A DNA stretch of 64,000 nt. Source: Eledone cirrhosa (Eukaryota). The notes below the pieces were generated by a model. The model was not told the DNA's origin. It saw only the letters and a program-made list of their open reading frames with translations, and ran no database searches. Below are positions 1-13,167 of this stretch, in pieces (position 1 is the stretch's first letter; each line of letters starts with the position of its first letter). The stretch is from positions 54,560,001 through 54,624,000 of the forward strand of contig OZ024746.1 of NCBI GenBank assembly GCA_964016885.1. The letters are read 5' to 3'. The translations under genes were made by a program, and so were the position numbers.

Positions 1-472
1 GGTGGCCATGGCGAAAGAGATAGTATGGTAGACACGTTTGAAAGGGCTGAAGACGAGCACTTACCTCTTCGGTGATGCTCTGATTGACTTTTTCAAATTT
101 CATTTGAAAAGGAAAATCAGAGTAGAGAGGGAAGTGCTCTCTTCCCAGCATTTTGTTGAAAGATGGGTGAGAGAAGCAAGAATGGCCCGAGTGAATGGGC
201 CTACTCTGAGTATATATCTGTAAATTAAAGGTGGAAAACTGGGAGAGGGCACTTGCCTTGGTGGTCAGGGTCACTGTGGTCTTTTACTGGGCTTTCTCCA
301 CAAATGTCCCTCCGAAGTCTCCCCCCTATTGGGGAATTTTTCATTGTTATTTTTTTGCTACATCCTCTGTTTTTGTTTTTTACACGCAGAAATGCCCATT
401 TGTACCGTACTGTATTGTCCTGCACTGTCCTTAATGTCTACTTTATGTAAACCCTTGTGGTTAATAAAGAAA

Positions 473-502
<30 letters not shown>
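1..502 (+). mobile_element. L1/Tx1-like LINE, 3' fragment (ORF2 C-terminus, 3' UTR, (ATT)n tail)
   Basis: Translation VAMAKEIVW*TRLKGLKT...FFKFHLKRKIRVEREVLS...FVERW resembles an L1/Tx1 ORF2 C-terminus; AATAAA near 462 followed by (ATT)n; near-identical inverted copy at 9.2-9.9 kb. Confidence 0.75.
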
Positions 503-504
<2 letters not shown>

Positions 505-879
505 GCGCATTTTTACTCAATCTTATTGTAAACCCTCACTGTCCCTTATTATCATTATTGTTGTCGTTGTTGTTGTTGTTATTATTATTGATGCTGTCGC
601 TGCTGCTGCTAATGATTATTGTGTTGTCATTGTTGTTGTTGGCCTTGCTGTTGGTGTTGTCTCCGAGTGTATATTGATTCCCCTTCATTCTATCAACACT
701 CTCTCCTAATTTTTCACATCTAATATGGCGACTATAGTATTTTCGTTATTTCTTTTCTTTTTCTACTATAATTTACACACTCTCTATCTCTTTCTCACTC
801 ACACATACACTCTCTCTCTATCTTTGTCTCTCTCTTTCTTTCTCACACTCTCTCACACATCCACTTTTAAGATATATAT

Positions 880-986
<107 letters not shown>

Positions 987-1521
987 ATGATATTTTTCTG
1001 TTGGATCATGTCAGGGGTCATGTGCAGTTAGTTCTTAATGAACAAGGATCCTCTTTCAATATGGTACGTTTATGGAATATAATTTACTTCATATAAGCCA
1101 ATTCTGTGAATAAATAAGTAACCAGAAACTAGTCTCTATCGATATATTGAGACGAGTGAATAATCGTTCAAATCAGATTTTTCACCCATATGAAATTTAA
1201 CAAGGCTATTAGTTTATACGTATCTGGTCTTTTAAAGAAACTTATTTAACTGCATTATCAACTGGAATATCGTTGTATAACCTAAGCATTATATAAATGG
1301 CAGAAAAAATATGTGGCTTAGGCACTGGTGGAAAAAGATTGCCCCATGAGAAATGTTTGAAACTCGGATATATTTGTTATACAATATCTGTGATATGTTT
1401 CATATTTAAACAAACCTATATATATTCATATTAATGCATACATTACACAACCATGTCTGTGTAGCGATAGAATTGGTGCAGAAAATTTGTATGTTTATTC
1501 TTCCTTTCCCTTTTTATATTC

Positions 1522-1712
1522 AAAATCATTCAAAAATGAGAAAAATCAACGCTAGTACAGCTGTTAGAACAGCCAAATGACCTCAAAGACAGGCATAAGC
1601 TGGCTGCTGGTCTGTGTTCCGAGGTATTTTTGCCCATCGCTATCTTTGAGGGGATTTGGCTATTTTAACAGCCGTTCTAGCGTTGAGTTTTTTCATTTTC
1701 TTTTATGATTTT
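1522..1712. repeat. Fold-back inverted repeat (~70-bp arms, ~50-bp loop)
   Basis: aaaaatcaacgctagtacagctgttagaacagccaaat...ctcaaaga pairs with tctttgag...atttggctattttaacagccgttctagcgttgagttttt. Confidence 0.8.
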
Positions 1713-1994
1713 CATATACTCTCACTTTCTCTTTTTTCGAGACATTAGTGTTTATTAATTTCCTTCAGTCCTCTCGTTATCTCTAAATTTCCTTTATTTC
1801 AATCTTAATTTTCACTCATAATTTTATTGATGAAACTGGCTTTCTTTTTATTGTCCTTACTTTTCATTATTTTCCTTTTCTATCGAACTGCGAACGAACC
1901 ATGCACACAATTTATGGGATACGTATTAATTTCTCTAAAAGACAATTTTCAAAGGTTGATCCATTTGGTGTATTCAAAAGTGATCCATCGTATT

Positions 1995-2177
1995 ATAATT
2001 GTTTCTACTTTTGGCACAAGGCCAGCAATTATCCCAGTGCATTACTGGTACTTTATTTTATCGACCCCGTAAGGATGAAAGGCAAAGTTAACCTCGGCGG
2101 GATTTGAACTCAGACCGTAACGCCATGCTGCAAAGCATGGCATCCGACTCTCTACCGATACTGCCAATCCACCACCC
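1995..2177 (-). mobile_element. tRNA-derived SINE family A
   Basis: Reverse complement has A-box-like tggcagtatcggtagag, B-box gagttcaaatcc, core gcctttcatccttacggggtcgataaaataaagtaccag and a (TTA)n-like tail; many copies in the window. Confidence 0.9.
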
Positions 2178-2777
2178 AGCGTATTATCTATATATTAATT
2201 TCAACAATGTCAGTATTCCGTGTGTCATAATTCTCGATTATCATTCGTTCATAGGTTTCAAACTCCGCCCACCTCAATGACGCCAAACTTAAATTAATAT
2301 GCATAATGCCAATGAGGGAGTGAGAGGGGAGAGTAAGAAACAAAGAGGCAAAGTGAACGCTGTGTTGGATACACTATGTATATGTGTCAGTGTAGAGACA
2401 TGTGTGTGTGTGTGATGTGTGTGGAAATAAGAGGGGAAGGAAAGCAATAACTATTAACATGTGTGCGTGTGTATGTATGTGCGCGTATGTTTATGTGTGT
2501 GTGCGTGAGTGCAACGTTCCACAGAAAGTAAAACTATCAACATGTTTGAGTGAGTGCGTGTGTGTAAGTGCACGGGTGCGTGTGTAAGTTTGCGTGCGTG
2601 TGCGCGTTTCCATTCGTGTATGTGTGGGGTTCCACAATCGCCACTCAGTTTATCAGTCTGTGTGCTTGTGTGTCAGTCGAACATACACAGAGTTGTGAAG
2701 GGAGTAAATAAGGACCTTTTTTACATTGACGGACATCTTTTATATTTATTATTGTCATTTTTTGACAATTGCTCGAA

Positions 2778-3026
2778 ATGAATACTGATAATAAAAGCAA
2801 TACGACTTTATCAAACAATGAACTACAGCGGCGACGGCGTGCAGCCAGGAATGAAGAAAAACGGGCCGAACAGCACCATCGGAACGCCGAACTTCAGAGG
2901 CGAAGACGTGCCACCATGAATGAAGAGGAGCTGGCTGAACAACGCCAACGAAACACTGGAGACAAGCAGCGACGGCGTGCTGCGATGGTTGAAGACGAAC
3001 TGGCTGAGCATCATCTTTTATATTAA
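2778..3026 (+). pseudogene. Helitron-type STPR-like repeat ORF fragment
   Basis: Three 23-aa repeats (NNELQRRRRAARNEEKRAEQHHR / NAELQRRRRATMNEEELAEQRQR / NTGDKQRRRAAMVEDELAEHH); lies next to a Helitron-like 3' end. Confidence 0.6.
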
Positions 3027-3029
3027 TTA

Positions 3030-3389
3030 TCTATATATATATCTACATACAATATAAAAGATTGGAACTTCCATCATCCTTTTGAGAAACGTGGAACAAC
3101 CACGTCTATGCAATGATACACGTTTTACAGTCAGGCAGAAGATGAAACATCTCTTAGAGCTCACTATTCGAGGTGGGAGCACACTAGAATTGTTCATATA
3201 CTATGCACAAACGGTACAACGAAGAATCTGGTATAACTGGAAAATTTATTTTACTGTTTTTTGTATCACACAGACACCACGGACTCACCTCATACTGTAA
3301 CCTAACAAACATCCAATACAGTCATTTCTCTTTTACCTGCTTTTATCTTATCATCTGTTTAGACGGGCGAAGCTGGGTAGGTCAGCTAG
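3030..3389 (+). mobile_element. Non-autonomous Helitron-like element (may extend 5' to ~2187)
   Basis: 5' TCTATATATAT...ATATAAAAG; 3' imperfect hairpin cgggcgaagctgggt then CTAG|T at 3386-3390. Confidence 0.6.
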
Positions 3390-3508
3390 TAATATATAAA
3401 AATAAGAAAATAATTCTCTTCATTGGATGTTCCAAGGATAACCAAATATAAGTGTATATATATACATATGAATATGTTTATATATATATATATATGTATA
3501 TATGTATT

Positions 3509-3541
<33 letters not shown>

Positions 3542-3614
3542 GTTTGTGTGTGTGCGTATTATATATGTTTGTATGTTTGTGTGCATATATATATATGTAT
3601 ATAAATATCTTTAA

Positions 3615-3805
3615 AAAGTCTAAAGTCTGTCTTAATCTAGAAGGCTCATTTGGCCGGTGCTTTATCCCGGTTTCATAGCGTGAAATGACTGATAGTACAA
3701 GACTACCGCCTGGACAGGACGCCAGTCAACCTCAGGGTTAAATCCCCAACTATTACTGGTACTCATTTTCAGCTGAGTACACTGGAGCAACGTGAAATGA
3801 ATGTC
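3615..3805 (-). mobile_element. SINE family B, 5'-truncated
   Basis: Matches 37428-37620 (aagtctaaagtctgtctta...gaaggctcattt...actggagcaacgtgaaat). Confidence 0.8.
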
Positions 3806-3864
3806 CCTCTTTCAATTTAGCCTGCCGCAACCGTTATCTCTTTCTCTCTATCTATTTATGAAGG

Positions 3865-4045
3865 CAACTGGAAAAGCACCGTATCTCGGGACCCCGTGCT
3901 CCGATTTATACGAAACTTGTTTTATTTCATTTGTATTCCCATTTCAGGGGTAACTTCCTTTCAAAGTATTTTGCAATTATGCGCTCATTTAGCTGTATTA
4001 AACTAGAGACAGGCACACAATCACAAGGTTTTAGTAGTATATAGA
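3865..4045 (-). mobile_element. Helitron-like 5' fragment
   Basis: Reverse complement begins TCTATATACTACTAAAACCTTGTG...TGCCTGTCT, the same pattern as the 5' end at 36411. Confidence 0.45.
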
Positions 4046-4310
4046 TTAATTCATATTGAAACCTGTATTTTCTCTTAAATATTCAGCAGCGTCTGAAGAC
4101 AATTGATGCGTTTACGTATGTGAAACCACTGGTAATGTATGAATAAATTCAACCGTTAATATAAATATTTTTAGCTTCAAAGTTAAGTATTGATTGTCCA
4201 AGTCAATCTGCTGTATCCGCACCTGTATCCATGTATGCATATATAAATACGTTCGTATATGCATGCATATATACATACATATAAACATACATATATGCAT
4301 GAATATATAA

Positions 4311-4375
<65 letters not shown>

Positions 4376-4388
4376 TAAACACTCGCAC

Positions 4389-4443
<55 letters not shown>

Positions 4444-4444
4444 C

Positions 4445-4690
4445 ATAGACACGCCAGTATCGGTCAATGTGTGCTTAAAAAATCTATGATTGTTAGACAC
4501 ACCAACCAATACCACCACTTCTTTCTCTATTAGATAAGAAACGCAATGTTGAACGTGTTCGTGTTTTGGCAAATATATTTCTAATATTGTGTATTGTTTT
4601 CCTTGGAGGAAGGCGTCTTCCACAATTAAGAACTACGAACAATTCTCTATACACCTGAGATCAATATGCCTCAGGTGTCTACATGATTGT
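4445..4690 (+). pseudogene. Highly degenerate PLE GIY-YIG fragment
   Basis: Reads ...QC*TCSC...SNIVYCF... and later HLRSI, matching the NxVY and H motifs of PLE endonucleases; flanked by (TA)n. Confidence 0.3.
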
Positions 4691-4709
4691 GCATATTTAT
4701 CTCTACGTG

Positions 4710-4748
<39 letters not shown>

Positions 4749-4755
4749 TGTATGA

Positions 4756-4799
<44 letters not shown>

Positions 4800-5855
4800 T
4801 GGGTATGTGTTTATAAATTTCCGTATGTCTATCTGCGTTGTTTATGTATGTATACGTTTGCGTCTGCTTCTTTGTCTATATATTGTTTTATGTGTGTCTA
4901 TGTTCTGTGTAGCTATATGTTTAAAGTTCTATGTAATATATGAGCATATGAGTTATAGAATAGAGCTATCGTCTTTATCGATATAACTGTATTGCTGGAG
5001 AAAAGCTGGTTTATTCATGTTGTTTTAAAGTCTTATATATGATATGGTTATATAAAATTGAATAATACCTGTATGTCACAGGCCTTGCAATGTTGGACAC
5101 TGTGTTCAATCTCCTTGCGAACTATGTTAAATGTGAAATGCGCTGTCATATAGTAAGCCATTTGCCCGTTAATTTCACAAGCAACCTGTCTCACTCGAAC
5201 AACTGTTCCGTTCGAACAACGAAGGCCCAAAAGAAGCAAAAAACCCATTTGGTTCTGTTATACACAAGTGAGCAATATGAAATTCATACCTCCAATGTTA
5301 TTTTGAAGATGGGTCAAGGAAGGCCTCGAAACCTTAACACAGTAATGGATTTAGCGAGACTATTGTTTTAAACAGAGCCATTTATTATTAAATAACTTTA
5401 ACAAAAAATATATAACTAATGTTCATTCGTGTTGTTGATAAAATATTACAGAAAAAAAGCGCAGGTTTTTTTATATTAGTGTTCTCTATCTATATAGACA
5501 AGTACTAGTAGAAATTATTTAGTATCACAAAATGAATCTGAAACAAAGTGGTTGCAGTATTCATATTAATGAGATACACCTGTGATTGTCTTGTCTAACG
5601 ATGCTCTGAGAATACAGGCGAAACTCCAGAATATCAATAATAAACACTTTGCTAGAATAAAGATGAGATATGCAATGACTAATAAAGTAAGTGTCAGGAA
5701 AGCTGAGACAACACGGATAGAAATATAAACATGGAAACAGAGGTAGGTAAAAAAAAAAATAAGAATGTCAAATAAAATAATATATTTAAACTATATTCAA
5801 TTATGTTTTAAGGTTAAAAAACACTTTTCAAATAAAGGACGGAGCAAAACACTCT

Positions 5856-6492
5856 CTTGGCACTATCGGTCGAGGGTTGGAGGCCATGCTTTCTAGCAAA
5901 GTTACTTCCCTTTACGGACTGAGTTCAAATCCTGTCGAGGTTAATTTGCCTTTCATCCTTACGGGGTCGAAAAAATAAAGTACCAGTAATGTACTGGGTA
6001 TTTGCTGGCCTTGTGCCTATATAAGAAACCATTATTTATGACACATATACCTATAGTAGACATGTGGATTGGCAGTATCGGTAGAGGGTCGGACGCCATG
6101 CTTTCCAGCATAGTTACGTCCCTTTACGATATGAGTTCAAATCCCGCCGAGGTTGACTTTGCCTTTCATCCTTACGGGGTAAATAAAATAAAGTACCAGT
6201 AATGCACTGGGAAATTGCTGGCATTGTGCCTAAAGTAGAAACAATTATTTATTATATATGTATATATGAGCGTTGTGGATTGACAGTATCGTAGAGCGCC
6301 GGACACCCAGCTTTGCAGCATAGAGTTATGGCCCTTTACAGTCTGAGTACTAATCCCGCCGAGGTTAGCTTTGCCTTTCATCCTTACATAGTCGATAAAA
6401 TAAAGTACCAGTAACGCATTGATGTCGATTTAATGGACTTTCTCTTCTCCTTCAAATTACTGACCTTGTGCGTAAAGTAGAAACAATTATTT
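5856..6492 (+). mobile_element. Three head-to-tail SINE family A copies (~5856-6033, 6062-6250, 6272-6492)
   Basis: Each copy has the tRNA-like head, the gcctttcatcctta core and a gccttgtgc...gaaac end. Confidence 0.9.
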
Positions 6493-7042
6493 ATTACATT
6501 AAAAAATAGAGGGTTGGATAGAAAAAGTTGTGGTATAGATATATGTGCATGTATTTATCTACGCATATATTTTACATAATTGCGTAGAAGTTATGTTAAT
6601 GAGTAGGAAGGAATGTCTTGGTAGGTGCCATAAAATGTAGATTGTTTAATTGAATTATAACAATAACTGAAAATACTTAGGGTAAAACGCATATCGTCTT
6701 AATATGGAGAATGGTACTGGTCTTGGTAAAATTTATTTAAAACCTGGCTGCTGCTGCTGCTGCTGCTGCTACTATTACGACTACTACTACAACTACTACT
6801 ACAACTACTACTACTACTACTATAAAATCATAATCACTAGTACCACGGTTAAAGAGAAAATGGCCATTACGACTACTACCATCAAATCTACCACTACCAT
6901 ATAACGAGGAACAATATTGCTTCTAGCATATTCACTACTAGTATAACTAGTTTTAACATCATTGCTATCTATATTAAAACCAGTACTATCAGCAGTTCTA
7001 AGCATTACATACCCCCCCCCCCCCATATATATATATAGATAG

Positions 7043-7190
7043 ATAATTACAACAGTGAAATAAACAGGTATGCAAGTTTCGTTGAGTACCTGTTTATGTC
7101 ACTGTTGTAATTATTTATACTAAACTCGTCCTATGGACTGAGTGCTCTTACTCTTGGATATTTCCTCATTTCCACTTAACTTTTACTTCA
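7043..7190. repeat. Short fold-back (7043-7114) plus tail shared with the 40.2-kb HHR palindrome
   Basis: ataattacaacagtga..aaacaggta / tacctgttta..tcactgttgtaattat with gtttcg in the loop; downstream aactcgtcc..gactgagtgctct..ggatatt also occurs at 40412-40452. Confidence 0.7.
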
Positions 7191-7191
7191 G

Positions 7192-7306
<115 letters not shown>

Positions 7307-7764
7307 TTATAATGGATGATTCCATATTACGTTTAGTAAGGTGAGAAAAGCTCACTTTCTGCTTAAAGCGCATAAGGAATTCAGAACAGTCGAAATATTC
7401 TTCCGAAGGTTAAAGTTTTTGCTTTTGTGGACAGTGAGGTCAGCAGAGCATAAACATTTAAAAAAAAAGGAAACCAAGATTTTCAAATGAAATCCATTCA
7501 TAAATATCTACTATATATTCTATACTGGTGATAAACATATATGCAAACAATAAGTCAAACAGAAATAATTAATTTAACATTTATTTCCACAAATCATAAT
7601 CCATAAACACCTGCATATCATCTGGAATTATCAAAAGAGATTGAATTTAATCAAATACATATCTCAAGAATATAAGCAATATCAAATATTGGACATAGTC
7701 AAGCGCTTGAAGAAGGCAAGTTAAGCAAGGAAGAAGTACAGATTTGTAAAAAAGTAGTGTGGAT

Positions 7765-7865
7765 TAGGCGGTCGATTGTCAGTAACGGTAGGGCGTCGGA
7801 CAAAATGCTTTGTGGCATTGAGATACGGCTCTTTACGTAAAGAGTTCAAGTCCCACCGTGGTTAT
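7765..7865 (+). mobile_element. SINE family A, 5' head only
   Basis: cagtaacggtagggcgtcggac...gagttcaagtccc. Confidence 0.6.
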
Positions 7866-8531
7866 TTATTGAGAAATATAATTATAAATAGCCATCCTCT
7901 AACACAGGACAAAGATTAAACAGGCTACTTTACGACGGAAAACACCGCTCGGCTAAATTACACCGCTTCTCAGATTTAAATTTGCCGCGAGAAATCGGAA
8001 CTCTGAATACCTGATATCATCACTCCGTATTATGTCTTCTTTTTCTGAACTTACTTTATAGTGGAGCGATGAAACTGTCTAATAATAATAGTAAGTATGT
8101 TCTTACCTATTGCATATCCATTAATGTAAAAACAAGATGTACTGCTTTTTACCACAGCCTAAAAACACACTTTTTTCAACTTTAAACTTCTACCCTGTTC
8201 GCTTGCATTCTTCAAGTGCTTGCCTACGTTCAACATTTGATATTGCTTATGTTCTTGATATATATATCTGGTTAATTCAATGCCTTTTGATGACATTCAG
8301 GTGTTTATGTATTATATTTTGTGTAAGCAATTGTGAATTAATTCTTATTTGTATATGTATGTACGATTATCAACTGTATAAAAAAGACCGTAGCCATTTA
8401 AAAGTGAATTTAATTTGATACCCTTGGTTTCATTTTATATATATATATATATAACAAAGAGGATGTGGTAAGATGCCAGGTGGACCATAAAGCACCAATG
8501 TACTCAATTCTTAGGGTAGTGGAGTGAGTAA

Positions 8532-8646
8532 TAGGAAAAGAGTCAGGACCCCGACTGCTGAGCTTCCAGCCGTTTCGACAGCTAGATCCGGATCTAGCTG
8601 TCGAAACGGCCGGAGCTCAGCCGTCAGGGTGCTGACTATTTTCCTA
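8532..8646. repeat. Loopless palindrome of an HHR-distal (GAAAC + tail) segment
   Basis: ...gccgtttcgacagctagatcc|ggatctagctgtcgaaacggc...; a single arm of the same family is at ~40130-40182. Confidence 0.85.
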
Positions 8647-9192
8647 AATATATGTGTGTGTGTGCGCGTATATACAGAGAGTGAGAGAGAGAGATGGAGT
8701 GATATATATATAATGAATTACTCTAATGGTCAGAAGCAATGTTTTTGACTTCGTTCTTAATGTCCGTTGTCTGGTTTGAAATTAATATGTATAGAAAAAT
8801 AAATTTCGAGAATATTTAGAGTCCATTTGAACCATACAAGAAACATCTCACTTGGGTATAACTTCATGTGCCCAGTAGTCACCAATTATATTTATTGAGT
8901 CTATTTTGTATTTATAAAGTCGGCACTTCTGCATTTTTTGCTTTGATAGACATACTTCGGATTGATATACTTACTCACTTTGCCTATCAATTGACCTGAG
9001 CAGTTTTTGTGGCTGACTCACAACTCGGTGTTACCTTGGTTGGGTAAAGATGACGAAAAGTAAGAGGTAGACATATAAACAAACTAAGAAATGTATATAA
9101 GGAAAAAATCGAGAAAATGAAGAGAAGGAAAAGAAGAACATCAACAATAATAACGAACAAGATGACGTAGAAGAAAAATATGAAAGGAGGAA

Positions 9193-9945
9193 TAAAATAA
9201 TAATAATAACAATAACAATAATAATAATAATAATGATTTCTTTATTAACCACAAGGGTTTGCACAAAGTAAGACATTAAGGACAGTACAGGAAATAAAGG
9301 ACAGTACAGGCCGTTATAAATTGGCATTTCTGCGTGTAAAAAAAAAAAAAAACAGGATGTAACAAAAAAGGAACAATGAAAACTCCCCAATAGGGGAGGG
9401 GGGTAGACTTCCGAGGGCCATCGTGGAGAAATCCCATTAAAAAACCACGGTGACCCTGACCACCAGGGCAAGTGCCCTCTCCCAGTTTTCTACCTTCAAT
9501 TTACAAGCACATACTAAGAGTAGGCCCATTCACTCGAGCCATTCTTACCTCTCTCACCCATCTTTCAACAAAATGCTGGGAAGAGAGCACTTCCTTCTCT
9601 ACCCTGATTTACCTTTTCAAATGAAATTTGAAAAAGTTAATCATGGCATCACCGAAGGGGTAAGTGCTCGTCTTTAGCCCTTTCAAACGCGTCCACCATA
9701 CATCCTCACGATGGACTCAGCTGATAGCCGGATCCGTTCTACACGCGACAGCAGGTGTTCGACATAAACCTACAAGTCAGCAATGCTCGGACACTGGACG
9801 AGTGCGTGCAGGACGGTTTCGTCGCCCTGCGTGCATCTCGGACGTGCCCGGTTGGCAAAGCTCCTCGGTAGCACTGCCAGGCCATGGATTTCTGGAAGTT
9901 GTCCATAGGCCCCGGCCTGGAAAGTTCTTCCGAAGAGATTGGCTA
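9193..9945 (-). mobile_element. L1/Tx1-like LINE, 3' fragment with zinc-knuckle region
   Basis: Minus frame PRCTQGDETVLHALVQCP (zf-RVT-like CCHC remnant), then WTRLKGLKT...; 3' UTR homologous to 225-480; (AAT)n tail. Confidence 0.8.
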
Positions 9946-9948
9946 ATG

Positions 9949-10000
<52 letters not shown>

Positions 10001-10016
10001 TAATAATAATAATAAT

Positions 10017-10265
10017 CACGACTTAAAGTGGGAGTTAAAAAGGATTTGGAACTGCCCGATTGTCATAGGCGCACTAGGTACTATCTCAAAGAGTTTCCAA
10101 GGATGGTTAAAGAAGATTAGTCCAGCCCCGCTTTTTGGAACACTTCAAACGCATGCTGCAAGAACCCTACGATACGTCCTGAATATCTGAGGCAGGTAGA
10201 GGTTTGATATTCATTTCAACAAACTTTCCAGTTAAATAACATCAATGACTGAGACTCAAAGAACA
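10017..10265 (+). mobile_element. R4/Dong-like LINE, 3' fragment inserted in (AAT)n
   Basis: DLKWELKRIWNCPIVIGALGT...AARTLRYVL resembles the restriction-like endonuclease C-terminus of the R4/Dong clade; both flanks are (AAT)n, a known Dong target. Confidence 0.8.
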
Positions 10266-10275
10266 ACAATAATAA

Positions 10276-10332
10276 TAATGATTTCATTTATTGGCCACAA
10301 GGGCCGACATGTAGGGTACAATACAAAGACAT
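10276..10332 (-). mobile_element. Tiny 3' tip related to the L1/Tx1 family
   Basis: Reverse complement cccttgtggccaataaatgaaatcatt is similar to cccttgtggttaataaagaaatcatt at 452-477. Confidence 0.55.
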
Positions 10333-10351
10333 AATAATAAAAATAATAATA

Positions 10352-10540
10352 ATAATTGTTTCTACTTTTGGCACAAGGCCAGCAATTATTCCAGTGCATT
10401 GCTGATACTTTATTTTATCGACCCCGTAAGGATGAAAGGTAAAGTTAACCTCGGCGGGATTTGAACTCAGAGCCTAAAGGGCCGTAACTCTTAGCTGCAA
10501 AGCATGGTGTCCGACTGTCTACTGATGCAGCCAATCCATA
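10352..10540 (-). mobile_element. SINE family A
   Basis: Full head, core and tail as in the other copies. Confidence 0.9.
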
Positions 10541-11178
10541 ATAATAATAATGATGATGATGATGATGATGATGATGATTATGACGAAGTAGAAGGAAAAG
10601 TAAAAGAAACGAAGAAGAAAAATGGAAGTATTACTATTTGAAGAAGGTAAAGAAGTGGAAGAAGAAAAAAATAACAAGGTGGAAATGAAATATTGTAAAG
10701 AGGAGTATTAGGGGATAGGATAGATAGAAGAGAGAACATTTCGAAAAAAATGAAGAAATTATCCCATATATAACAATAATAGCAACAAAATAAAATGAAA
10801 CGCGGCAAAAACAACAATAACATCAAAAATAAAAATAAAAATTCTCCTGTTGAAGAAAGGGGAGATAAATGCAGAAGAGCATGTAATATGAAGCACACTG
10901 AAAGATTGGCTGTATGATGTAAGCTGTCAGTGACAGTTGTATAGATATAAACCGTTTCAGAGTCTCTAGACGAATCTAGACACTTGACATGAAATGTCTC
11001 TTTGGAAGCTTCAATAAGCCAGTACATCAGTATATAAACATAAGTGTTATGTATGTATGTATTATGTATGTATGTATGTATGTATGTATGTATGTATGTA
11101 TGTATGTATGTATGTATGTATGTATGTATGTATGTATGTATGTATATATATATATGTATATATGTATATATATATATG

Positions 11179-11274
<96 letters not shown>

Positions 11275-11437
11275 AATATTGAATCGTTTGCGTATGTTTG
11301 TTTTCGTACCCCTGCTCAGGTATGTGTGTTTGTGTAATGTATGAAATAAGGAAACAAATTAATTCAATCCTTTTGAGCTATATTGATACACATATATTTA
11401 TATTTATGAATATCAAGAGAAATGTTAACTTTGCGAT

Positions 11438-11610
11438 GCAGGCATGTGTCTGTGATTAGGAAGCTTGCATTGCAGTAAGTAACTGCTGGTTCGGCGCCAT
11501 AGGTCGACAATTTGAACAAATGTCTTCCTTTTCCATGTGCTCGTGTTGGTTACTTCCCTTTAAGTAAAATTTCATTGACGGAGACTCTTAATAACCTTTT
11601 TGTATATATA
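11438..11610 (+). mobile_element. Degenerate tRNA-derived SINE (octopus OR-like)
   Basis: gcaggcatgtgtctgtgattaggaagcttgc...ggttc...caaatgtcttc...gacggagact...gtatatata recalls cephalopod CORE-type SINEs. Confidence 0.45.
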
Positions 11611-12212
11611 CGAAGAATATGTATTTTATATGTACGTTCTTGATGGATACTCTTTGTAATAAGCCTATTGTATATATACGAAGAGTTTGTATTTTATATG
11701 TACGTCCTTGATGGATACTCTTCGTAATAAGCCTATTGTATATATACGAAGAGTTTGTATTCTATATGTACGTCCTTTGTATTCTATATGTACGTCCTTG
11801 ATGGATACTCTTCGTAATAAGACTATTGTATATATACGAAGAATATGTATTATACATGTACGTCCTTGATGGATACTCTTTGTAATAAGCCTGTTGTATA
11901 TATACGAAGAATATGTATTCTATATGTACGTCTTTGATGGATACTCTTTGTAATAAGCCTATCGTATATATACGAAGAGTTTGTATTCTATATGTACGTC
12001 TTTGATGGATACTCTTCGTAATAAGATTATTGTATATATACGAAGAATATGTATTATATATGTACGTCTTTGATGGATACTCTTTTTTAATAAGCCTTTT
12101 TTAATAAGCGTATATATACGAAGTGTTTGTATTATAGATGTACGTCCTTGATGGATACTCTTCGTAATAAGCCTATTGTATATATACGAAGAGTTTTATT
12201 ATATATGTACGA
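11590..12212. repeat. 68-bp minisatellite, about 9 copies
   Basis: Unit tgtatatatacgaagaRtWtgtattYtatatgtacgtcYttgatggatactcttYgtaataagcctat (starts at 11601, 11669, ...). Confidence 0.9.
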
Positions 12213-12961
12213 AAAGTTTTAAAACAGAACATTGTTTGTGGATCAATAATGTAGATATAGATTATCAGATAAACAGATTAGTCTAGAAGACGGTGGCATT
12301 AAAATCAGAACTACGTACTTGTGAAACGAACTCCTTTAATAACAGAGAAAGGACCGACGTAGGCCCGAAACTATATGATTATGAAGAAAGTATTTTTAAG
12401 CAAAACAATTTGTAGCACTCGCAGAAAAATAAATAAAGAAAGAAATATACAATTAAAGCAAAAAAGTTCCAAGAATATAAGATTGGTTATACAAATGGTC
12501 TCCTGTGTCTTGAAGATAGGAAGTGACGTCTCACTCACCCTACACCACACTACACTAGTCAGCAAGGAAATGCAAGACTAGTAACTAGCACTCCATATAA
12601 AAAAAAAGAGCTCATATCTCCATTATCTATTATCTATATATAAGCTTTTCACTAATAATATCAAAATCAGTTAATATGAATCAGTGAGAAATATGAGTTT
12701 AGCATATACTAGAGAGCATTAGTGTTCGATTAGCCAGAGATAAGATTGATTTGGCAAATTATCAATTGATTTTTTTCACGAAGTGGCGAGCTATAAATAT
12801 ATAGAAATTTCCGCCTTCTTTCCACTTAATTACTTCCACATAAATTTATGAGAACATTAACCATGAGGATCTTCTGATCATCTGTCAGCCTCACCAATGA
12901 CCACCTCCTTTCGATTCACTCTATTTCCTGTGTTAAGCTACATCGAACCACATCTCAGTAA

Positions 12962-13027
<66 letters not shown>

Positions 13028-13042
13028 TTATATACATATATG

Positions 13043-13104
<62 letters not shown>

Positions 13105-13112
13105 CACACACG

Positions 13113-13167
<55 letters not shown>

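Noticed and set aside
5295-5342. HHR-like ttgaagatgggtc..ggcctcgaaac (similar remnants at ~10950 and ~12350)
   Set aside because: The core or stems are too degenerate to call; possibly old PLE relics.
11590-12212. CRISPR-like regular repeats (also 23455, 36838, 45285)
   Set aside because: Contiguous tandem units without unique spacers; no cas genes; eukaryotic context.
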